Below, piece by piece: positions 1-5,394 of a DNA stretch of 5,882 bases. The first letter of the stretch is position 1. The number at the start of each line of letters is the position of its first letter. A program made the translations under genes and the position numbers. The stretch is from a virus (taxonomy: Duplodnaviria > Heunggongvirae > Uroviricota > Caudoviricetes): the IMG/VR virus record IMGVR_UViG_3300029521_000128, positions 1-5,882 of that record, one strand, 5' to 3'. The notes beneath the pieces are model-generated. The model searched no databases and had not been told where the DNA came from. It worked only from the letters and a program-made list of their open reading frames with translations.

Positions 1-362
1 CGGGAATATCTACGGCAGCAAGCCAGTAATGGGTTAAGTGATAACAGGTGTCTGGAAATATAGGGGCAAATCCAGGTGGTTGTTGCTTTCCCGTTGCTGA
101 AAAAGAAAACGCCAGACTGTTAGCCGGGTATCAGTTATCTGGAGAAATTTTTAAATACCTCACAATTCAGGCGGTTGACTGTTGTCTGGTTTGCGGGGAG
201 TTTGTTAAAAGAAACTGGCATGGTGAATCCCCCTGTGCGGAGGGGCAATCAGCAACTGGTGTTTTGTCACCGACCCTTATCCTTTCTGTGCGGGTTCAGG
301 TGCTGATACTGAACTCACCGGGAGGCACCCGGCATCATGCAATGGCACATAGCGCCACTCTC
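1..362 (+). promoter_or_regulatory. Structured non-coding leader upstream of a tR'-like terminator; possible late-promoter (pR'/qut-proximal) transcribed region
   Basis: No ORF with an RBS. Several short hairpins (CCCCT/AGGGG near 228-244; GTTCAG/CTGAAC at 294-315; CCGGG/CCCGG at 322-336). The 9-mer ATGGGTTAA at 29-37 matches the initial transcribed sequence of lambda pR' as I recall it. Position is immediately 5' of a strong terminator and upstream of the late genes. Confidence 0.3.
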
Positions 363-398
363 CAGCCCCTCTCCGGAGGGGCTGTTTATATTGATTTT
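363..398 (+). terminator. Rho-independent terminator (tR'-like), perfect 9-bp GC-rich stem plus T-rich tail
   Basis: CAGCCCCTC (363-371), loop TCCG, GAGGGGCTG (376-384), then TTTATATTGATTTT (385-398). Confidence 0.8.
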
Positions 399-416
399 GT
401 CAGATGTGAGTAAACT

Positions 417-448
417 CCTTATGGACTTTGTTGTTTTAGTCCATAAGG
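417..448. repeat. Perfect 11-bp inverted repeat (hairpin) overlapping the 3' end of the reverse-strand ORF
   Basis: CCTTATGGACT (417-427), 10-nt loop TTGTTGTTTT, AGTCCATAAGG (438-448). No adjacent T-run on either strand, so more likely an RNA-stability or recombination-junction structure than a classic terminator. Confidence 0.6.
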
Positions 449-754
449 ACATATTTGCAGAGTGCAACGGTTATTAAAGCATTCATTCAATACGTTATCT
501 GTATTTGTAGGACATTCCTGGCTGTTTTTGATTAAATTCCAGAATGTTTTATTGAATGGTACTACGTTGTAAATGGTTAAAGGTAGCACTTTGTTATTGA
601 GCATGATACCTGTGTGAGTCAGTGTAAATATACTTTCAGGAGGTAAGAAAGCATCCGATTGATACCAGATTATTAATTTTATTTTACTCCATATGACTGA
701 AAAAGATATTCCGCATGATGGCTGGATAACTGTATCAATCACAATCCACTTCAT
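419..754 (-). CDS. Hypothetical protein (111 aa), Ile/Asn/Lys-rich with 5 Cys, encoded in an AT-rich insert; function unknown
   Basis: Intact ORF on the - strand. On the coding strand the start is preceded by AAGGAA at 6-nt spacing (...ACAAGGAAACTAA ATG AAG TGG...). Local GC is roughly 33% against roughly 50% in the flanks. No recognisable domain. Confidence 0.45.
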   Translation of the reverse strand: MKWIVIDTVIQPSCGISFSVIWSKIKLIIWYQSDAFLPPESIFTLTHTGIMLNNKVLPLTIYNVVPFNKTFWNLIKNSQECPTNTDNVLNECFNNRCTLQICPYGLKQQSP

Positions 755-1014
755 TTAGTTTCCTTGTTTATGTCTTGCTGGTGATGTTCTGAAAAGTATA
801 AATGATATTTTTGAATGTAAACCATAGAGCAGAATTATTTTTCTGATGTTGTTTATTGTTTATTTAAATGCAGGGTGGTTTATATCTCGTCTTGTAGTTT
901 ATCCATGCATATCTGCTTGATGATGAGGTTTTTATTTAAGGTATGGTTTTGTGTTTTTTCTGTATTACATGTCAGGTATTTTAAAGAATTATTTTTCAGA
1001 TGGTGGAAAGAACC

Positions 1015-2976
1015 ATGGCATTTAAACACTATGATGTTGTCAGGGCGGCATCGCCGTCAGACCTTGCGAAACGACTGACACAAAAACTGAAGGAGGGGTG
1101 GCAGCCATTTGGCAGTCCGGTGGCCATCACGCCTTATACCCTGATGCAGGCCATTGCGGCGGAAGGTGATGTCACCACACCTGTGGTGGTGAAGCCGTCG
1201 GATGGAGAAGGCGCAGTTATCAGCACCACCAGCAACCCGGAGTATTACTTTGTTGTTGCCCTGGCCGGGCAGTCAAACGGTATGGCGTATGGTGAAGGGC
1301 TTCCGCTGCCGGAGACATATGACCGTCCGGACCCGCGTATTAAACAGCTGGCGCGTCGCAGCACTGTCACGCCGGGTGGTGCGTCCTGTAACTACAATGA
1401 CATTATTCCTGCGGACCACTGCCTGCATGATGTTCAGGATTTGAGTAAGTTTTCACACCCGAAAGCCAGCGCAGCTCAGTATGGATGCGTGGGGCAGGGA
1501 TTACATATCGCGAAGAAATTGTTGCCGTTTATTCCGGCGAATGCCGGTATTCTTCTGGTTCCGTGCTGCCGTGGTGGTTCTGCATTTTTGGCGGGCGATG
1601 AAGGTACCTTCAGCGAATCCACCGGCGCAAGCGAGACCTCGGCACGCTGGGGTGTAGATAAGCCACTGTACAAGGACCTGCTTACCCGTACTCAGGCCGC
1701 ACTGAAGGCCAACCCTAAAAATATTCTGCTTGCAGTGGTCTGGATGCAGGGCGAGTTTGATTTGAAACAGGGTGCATACGCCACTCAGCCGGGGCTGTTT
1801 GATTCCATGGTGGAAAAATATCGTTCTGACCTGTCGGAATTCGGAGGTCAGTGTCTCGGGGGCTCTCCGTCATCAGTTCCCTGGATTTGTGGCGACACGA
1901 CCTACTACTGGAAGCAGACTTATTCTTCGCAATACGATGCGGTGTATGGTGCATACAAGACGAAATCCGCAAAAAAAATCTTCTTTGTGCCGTTTATGAC
2001 GGATGAAAACGGGCGAAATGTGGGTACCAACGAGCCGTCAGAAGATCCGGATGTTGCGGATATTGGGTATTACGGAGCCGGTGGTCGAACGGACGCCAAA
2101 ACCTGGACGACGGCTGACCGTAAAACGCATTTTGGATCATGGGCACGTCGTGGGATTATTTCCGACCGTCTGGCAACGGCGATTCTTGTGCATGCCGGGA
2201 GAAACGCTGAATTCATTACCGGAAAACAGCCTGATACGGTGAAGCCCACCGGACCTTCCGGTGAAGGTACGGAGAGAGAGCCGGGAGCCCCGGTCAGTAA
2301 CCGAACCCTGATGAGTCTGCTGGCGTCCGGCGAAGACCTGGCATCACAGGGCTGGCGCTATTATCACAAACCGGCGAGCGGAGACAATGTTAACAAAAAC
2401 ATTGCTGAAGCGGTGGTCAGTGATGCGGGGGCTACGGGAGGTAAGGCCCTGCAACTGAATAAACCGGAAAACCACATCTGGTTTCTGGAGCATGATGCAG
2501 CCGGACAGGGAGTGGAGTTACTGAAGAAGGGGGGACGTGTGAGCGTACGGTTTAAGTTGCCGGGTTCACTGGTGCCGAATCAGTTTGCCCTGGGCATTTA
2601 CTGGCAGTTGTCGTCCCTGCCGGAGGGAGTGACGCTGGCAGAGGAAGGCAACGACATGCTGATGTCCTTCTTCCTGCAGACGGATGCGACGAACCTGAAC
2701 GCGATGCACCACAAGAAGCCGAATGCGAAGCTGGATACGTTCGGGGTCTTTGATAACGGATGGCACACACTGGCTTTTGAGTTTGCCGGAAACAACAGCA
2801 TTCAGGTGACGCCGGTACTGGATGAGAAACGGGGGACGCCGTTCACACTGGTGAAATCTCCGGCATCAGGGGCGGCGGACAAACTGCAACTGACAGGCAT
2901 ATCAAAGGCGGCGACATATACGCTGCTGATTGACAGTGTGAAGGTGGAAGTGAACAACGCGGATGCTGCGGCATGA
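1015..2976 (+). CDS. nanS-p: Prophage-type sialate (9-O-acetyl-Neu5Ac) O-acetylesterase, NanS-p-like: N-terminal DUF1737-like region, SGNH/SASA esterase core, C-terminal carbohydrate-binding-like domain
   Basis: 653-aa ORF (658 aa if the ATG at 1000 is used). GQSN serine motif in VVALAGQSNGMAYGEG, typical of the SASA/DUF303 esterase family. Size and position (downstream of tR', upstream of S) match the large yjhS/NanS-like ORF of Stx-type lambdoid phages. Start at 1015 preferred because the purine-rich GGTGGAAAGAA lies 3-8 nt upstream; the ATG at 1000 has no SD. Confidence 0.85.
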   Translation: MAFKHYDVVRAASPSDLAKRLTQKLKEGWQPFGSPVAITPYTLMQAIAAEGDVTTPVVVKPSDGEGAVISTTSNPEYYFVVALAGQSNGMAYGEGLPLPETYDRPDPRIKQLARRSTVTPGGASCNYNDIIPADHCLHDVQDLSKFSHPKASAAQYGCVGQGLHIAKKLLPFIPANAGILLVPCCRGGSAFLAGDEGTFSESTGASETSARWGVDKPLYKDLLTRTQAALKANPKNILLAVVWMQGEFDLKQGAYATQPGLFDSMVEKYRSDLSEFGGQCLGGSPSSVPWICGDTTYYWKQTYSSQYDAVYGAYKTKSAKKIFFVPFMTDENGRNVGTNEPSEDPDVADIGYYGAGGRTDAKTWTTADRKTHFGSWARRGIISDRLATAILVHAGRNAEFITGKQPDTVKPTGPSGEGTEREPGAPVSNRTLMSLLASGEDLASQGWRYYHKPASGDNVNKNIAEAVVSDAGATGGKALQLNKPENHIWFLEHDAAGQGVELLKKGGRVSVRFKLPGSLVPNQFALGIYWQLSSLPEGVTLAEEGNDMLMSFFLQTDATNLNAMHHKKPNAKLDTFGVFDNGWHTLAFEFAGNNSIQVTPVLDEKRGTPFTLVKSPASGAADKLQLTGISKAATYTLLIDSVKVEVNNADAAA

Positions 2977-2977
2977 T

Positions 2978-3015
2978 AAAAAAAGGCCGCCAGCGGCAGG
3001 AATGGAAGCTGGCGG
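2978..3015 (-). terminator. Possible minus-strand intrinsic terminator just downstream of the nanS-p stop
   Basis: 8-bp perfect stem CCGCCAGC (2987-2994) / GCTGGCGG (3008-3015) with a 13-nt loop. On the + strand it is preceded by A7 (2978-2984), i.e. followed by U7 when read on the - strand. No T-run on the + side. The loop is longer than typical. Confidence 0.3.
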
Positions 3016-3112
3016 AGGTAATCCCAATGGAGAATGTAAAGAAAAGATGCTTTCGTATATCGGTTTTTTAAATGAAAACAGTTCTCATTGTCAACCATAA
3101 CGGTAAGAAATT

Positions 3113-3295
3113 ATGACATTTATTCATCAGGTGATGCTGTACTTCTGTACGGCAGTCTGTGTTATGTATCTTCTTTCGGGTGGGTACAGGGCAGTGCGCG
3201 ATTTCTGGCGCAGGCAGATTGATAAAAGGGCCGCTGAGAGAATCAGCGCCAGTCAGTCAGCCGGAAGCAAACCCGAAGATCCGCTCATTCCGTAG
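3113..3295 (+). CDS. Hypothetical small membrane protein (60 aa), one predicted TM helix followed by a basic tail
   Basis: ORF with a hydrophobic segment VMLYFCTAVCVMYLLSGGY and a C-terminal RAVRDFWRRQIDKR region. Weak SD (GGTAAG) 5 nt upstream. Could be spurious. Confidence 0.3.
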   Translation: MTFIHQVMLYFCTAVCVMYLLSGGYRAVRDFWRRQIDKRAAERISASQSAGSKPEDPLIP

Positions 3296-3332
3296 TCACT
3301 TTCTTGACAACACCTTTCAACGAGAAAATCCC

Positions 3333-3578
3333 ATGTCAGAAATCACATCCCTGGTCACTGCTGAGGCAGTGAAGGAAGTCCTGCGCTCTGAAGAAGTCCT
3401 GAGCGCACTGAAACAGAAACTCCGCCAGAACCTTGAGTCGCGTCTTGATGCAGAAGTGGATGCCATTCTGGATGAGCTGCTGGGCGTACCAGCGGTTCCG
3501 GAGCCGGAAGGTATCGCGGGTGACGGGAGTGCTTCAGATGGCGGTGAACCCACACCTGACAGCGACATGATGATGTAA
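3333..3578 (+). CDS. Hypothetical small acidic protein (81 aa), predicted helical with an acidic Gly/Pro/Asp-rich tail
   Basis: ATG at 3333 inside the longer track ORF 3159-3578. Codon usage resembles neighbouring late genes. Weak SD (GAG about 8 nt upstream). Co-oriented with and 76 bp upstream of the holin. Confidence 0.5.
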   Translation: MSEITSLVTAEAVKEVLRSEEVLSALKQKLRQNLESRLDAEVDAILDELLGVPAVPEPEGIAGDGSASDGGEPTPDSDMMM

Positions 3579-3654
3579 GCCTGCGCAAGGGACCATCGGT
3601 GTGTGCCGGTGGTCTTTATATTGTTGTGAGCTTCCGGATAACGGGAGACGGGGT

Positions 3655-3870
3655 ATGTACCAGATGGAAAAAATCACAACAGGTGTGTCATACACCACGT
3701 CAGCGGTGGGAACGGGCTACTGGTTCCTGCAGTTGCTGGACAGGGTTTCCCCGTCTCAGTGGGCGGCAATAGGCGTGCTGGGGAGTCTGCTGTTTGGGCT
3801 GCTGACATATCTGACTAACCTGTATTTCAAAATCAGAGAGGACCGTCGTAAGGCTGCACGGGGAGAGTAA
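3655..3870 (+). CDS. S: Class II holin (pinholin), phage 21 S21-like, 71 aa with dual-start motif
   Basis: Translation [71 protein letters not shown]. Two TMDs: a weakly hydrophobic Gly/Thr/Ser-rich TMD1 (SAR-like) and a hydrophobic TMD2, then a charged C-terminus. Met1/Met4 dual start. Strong SD GGGAGACGGGG upstream. Closely resembles the S21 / Stx-phage S holins from memory. Confidence 0.9.
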   Translation: MYQMEKITTGVSYTTSAVGTGYWFLQLLDRVSPSQWAAIGVLGSLLFGLLTYLTNLYFKIREDRRKAARGE

Positions 3871-3874
3871 TTCA

Positions 3875-4219
3875 ATGACTCAAAACTATGAACTGATTGT
3901 GAAAGGGATCCGCAATTTTGAGAATAAAGTTACGGTAACTTTAGCGTTACGGGACAAAAAACGCTTTGACGGTGAAATTTTTGACCTGGACATCTCGCTG
4001 GACCGTGTTGAAGGTGCCGCGCTGGAGTTTTATGAGGCAGCAGCCAGAAGGAGCATCAGACAGGTCTTCCTGGATGTTGCTGCCGGGTTATGTGAAGGGG
4101 ATGAGCAGTCGCCGGAAAAGCGCCCCGTAATTTTAGAGGCGCAGGATGTGTTGATAACCTACAGAGGAAAACTACCGGGAATAATTACGGGTTCTCTGAA
4201 GAGTCCGCCGAAATGGTAA
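3875..4219 (+). CDS. Hypothetical soluble protein (114 aa) inserted between holin and endolysin; function unknown (possibly DUF826/ydfR-like by position only)
   Basis: ATG 5 nt after the holin stop, with SD GGGAGAG (3861-3867) at about 9-nt spacing, suggesting co-transcription or coupling with S. E. coli-like codon usage. No TM segment and no recognisable catalytic motif. Confidence 0.6.
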   Translation: MTQNYELIVKGIRNFENKVTVTLALRDKKRFDGEIFDLDISLDRVEGAALEFYEAAARRSIRQVFLDVAAGLCEGDEQSPEKRPVILEAQDVLITYRGKLPGIITGSLKSPPKW

Positions 4220-4457
4220 TTTTACCAGCATATTTTTCATCCAGTAATACAGCAAGCCGCCTGAAAGAGTCTTGTTGTTCCTGAGACCATTTGGGATTGC
4301 ATGATTCAAACTGGATTGATGCCAGCGTTGATTGCATCTGTTCCCTTGGAATTGAGAATGCCAGATATGAGAAGGCGACGGTAAGGGTATTCACGTCTTC
4401 CCGAAGCCTGGAAATGCTGTCGAGCAACTCCTGTAGAGAAATGGTGTTATTGTCCAT
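4185..4457 (-). CDS. Hypothetical protein (90 aa) on the opposite strand, convergent with the 114-aa ORF and overlapping it by 35 bp; function unknown
   Basis: Intact - strand ORF. On the coding strand AGGA lies 7 nt upstream of ATG (...CATGAGGATTATTT ATG GAC AAT...). Candidate -10 TACAAT further upstream. Predicted mostly helical, no TM. Contains some rare codons (AGG, CTA). Confidence 0.5.
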   Translation of the reverse strand: MDNNTISLQELLDSISRLREDVNTLTVAFSYLAFSIPREQMQSTLASIQFESCNPKWSQEQQDSFRRLAVLLDEKYAGKITISADSSENP

Positions 4458-4562
4458 AAATAATCCTCATGATTGTATTGACCTGTTAGCAGCCTGAGGC
4501 AACAGGCTGGAACTGATAAACATATCCAGGGCTCAGAAACCGATAAATCCTGATAAATATCC
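4458..4562. promoter_or_regulatory. Divergent intergenic region between the - strand 90-aa ORF and the endolysin, with direct and inverted repeats; candidate promoter/operator region
   Basis: Near-identical direct repeats CTGATAAACATATCC (4512-4526) and CTGATAAATATCC (4549-4561), plus a third GATAAA at 4542-4547. Inverted repeat CCTGTT (4483-4488) ... AACAGG (4501-4506). For the - strand gene a -10-like TACAAT (complement of 4473-4478); the only -35-like hexamer (TTGCCT) sits 19 nt away, so the promoter is weak or uncertain. Confidence 0.3.
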
Positions 4563-5096
4563 ATGAACGCAAAAATCAGATACGGCCTGTCGGCTGCCGT
4601 TCTGGCGCTGATTGCCGCTGGTGCGCCTGCGCCTGACATTCTCGACCAGTTTCTGGATGAAAAGGAAGGTAACCACACCACGGCATACCGTGATGGCGCG
4701 GGTATCTGGACCATCTGCCGCGGTGCCATCCTGGTGGATGGCAAACCTGTCGTTCCGGGCATGAAGTTGTCGAAGGAAAAATGCGACCGGGTTAACGCCA
4801 TTGAGCGTGATAAGGCGCTGGCATGGGTGGAGAAAAACATCAGAGTGCCATTGAGTGAACCCCAGAAAGCGGGGATCGCGTCATTCTGTCCGTACAACAT
4901 TGGTCCCGGTAAGTGTTTCCCGTCGACGTTTTATAAACGAATTAATGCAGGTGATCGCAGGGGAGCGTGTGAGGCGATTCGCTGGTGGATTAAGGACGGT
5001 GGCAGAGACTGCCGTATCCGCTCAAATAACTGTTATGGTCAGGTATCCCGTCGTGACCAGGAGAGCGCGCTGGCGTGCTGGGGAATCGACAGATAA
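4563..5096 (+). CDS. R: SAR endolysin (signal-anchor-release lysozyme, T4-lysozyme/GH24-like muramidase), R21/Stx-phage R type
   Basis: 177 aa. N-terminal Gly/Ala-rich weakly hydrophobic SAR domain GLSAAVLALIAAGAPAP. Catalytic E-x8-D-x5-T triad in EGNHTTAYRDGAGIWT. C-terminal half (NIGPGKCFPSTFYKRINAGD...WWIKDGG) is typical of lambdoid SAR lysozymes. Confidence 0.92.
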   Translation: MNAKIRYGLSAAVLALIAAGAPAPDILDQFLDEKEGNHTTAYRDGAGIWTICRGAILVDGKPVVPGMKLSKEKCDRVNAIERDKALAWVEKNIRVPLSEPQKAGIASFCPYNIGPGKCFPSTFYKRINAGDRRGACEAIRWWIKDGGRDCRIRSNNCYGQVSRRDQESALACWGIDR

Positions 5097-5185
5097 GCAG
5101 AATATTTTGCTGAAAAATAAGGCATGGCCACGCGGGCGGATAACATGAAATCCTGCGAACTGGCGAAACGTAAGTGAATAAAAGT

Positions 5186-5225
5186 AAAAACCCCGTTTGT
5201 TGGCACCAAGCGGGGTTTTGTGTTT
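5186..5225 (+). terminator. Rho-independent terminator between endolysin and Rz (A-tract, 9-bp stem, U-tract)
   Basis: AAAAA (5186-5190), stem CCCCGTTTG (5191-5199) / CAAGCGGGG (5207-5215) with one G-U pair, loop TTGGCAC, then TTTTGTGTTT (5216-5225). Confidence 0.7.
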
Positions 5226-5255
5226 CCTGACTCCGGAAAAGTCAAAGGAGAAAGT

Positions 5256-5393
5256 GTGTTTGATTTTAGCAAACTGATTCGGGAGATTCGAGTGATGGCT
5301 GAAAAATTATCCACCTGGAAGTTCATTCTTATCTGGCTGGTGTTTGTGATTATGGCCTCCGGTTATTTCATCGGTCAGATACGCTGGTGGTGA
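5256..5393 (+). CDS. Candidate small single-pass membrane peptide (45 aa from GTG 5256; 32 aa if from ATG 5295), stop 1 nt before the Rz start
   Basis: SD AAGGAG (5245-5250) 5 nt before GTG 5256. Translation (V/M)[44 protein letters not shown] has an amphipathic N-terminus and one hydrophobic helix. TGA at 5391-5393, Rz ATG at 5395. Below the ORF-track size cutoff, so absent from the supplied track. Confidence 0.35.
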   Translation: MFDFSKLIREIRVMAEKLSTWKFILIWLVFVIMASGYFIGQIRWW

Positions 5394-5394
5394 A

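Noticed and set aside
48-413. 121-aa + strand ORF from the track
   Set aside because: No SD. Runs through several hairpins and straight across the tR'-like terminator (363-398). Composition looks like translated structured RNA, not protein.
1-1000. Search for stxAB or tRNA genes (ileZ/argN/argO-like) in the Q-proximal region
   Set aside because: No ORF resembling Stx A or B subunits. No cloverleaf with a GGTTCGAATCC-type T-arm. The hairpins present fit leader or terminator structure instead.
875-1078. 67-aa + strand ORF overlapping the nanS-p start
   Set aside because: Lies in AT-rich intergenic DNA and out of frame over the nanS-p start. Low-complexity hydrophobic translation typical of AT-rich noise.
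1202-2801. Multiple short ORFs on both strands inside nanS-p (1202-1444, 1476-1673, 1715-1972, 1772-1999, 2003-2242, 2552-2770, 2566-2766, 2598-2801)
   Set aside because: All nested in alternative frames of a long, well-supported coding sequence. Arg/Ser/Pro-rich translations typical of off-frame GC-rich coding DNA.
2802-3098. 98-aa - strand ORF overlapping the nanS-p 3' end
   Set aside because: Overlaps the nanS-p C-terminus and spans the hairpin at 2987-3015. No convincing RBS.
3317-3588. Two - strand ORFs (3317-3568, 3355-3588) antisense to the acidic 81-aa ORF
   Set aside because: Ser/Arg/Pro-rich antisense translations of a GC-rich coding segment. No independent start signals.
3601-3654. 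N-terminal extension of the holin ORF from GTG 3601
   Set aside because: The SD (GGGAGACGGGG) lies inside this extension and directly precedes ATG 3655. The MYQMEK dual-start N-terminus matches pinholins, so 3655 is the real start.
4291-4497. 68-aa + strand ORF antisense to the 90-aa - strand gene
   Set aside because: No RBS. Fully contained antisense to a better-supported ORF and extends into the intergenic region.
4391-4900. 169-aa - strand ORF antisense to the endolysin
   Set aside because: Overlaps the strongly supported SAR endolysin on the opposite strand. No start signals. Frame-shadow artefact.
5146-5178. 10-codon mini-ORF (MKSCELAKRK) just upstream of the R-Rz terminator
   Set aside because: Too short and lacks an SD. 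Could in principle be a leader peptide, but there is no supporting evidence.
4855-5326. ORFs 4855-5148 (+) and 5039-5326 (-) around the R 3' end
   Set aside because: Both overlap R out of frame or antisense and cross the terminator at 5186-5225. Arg-rich translations.
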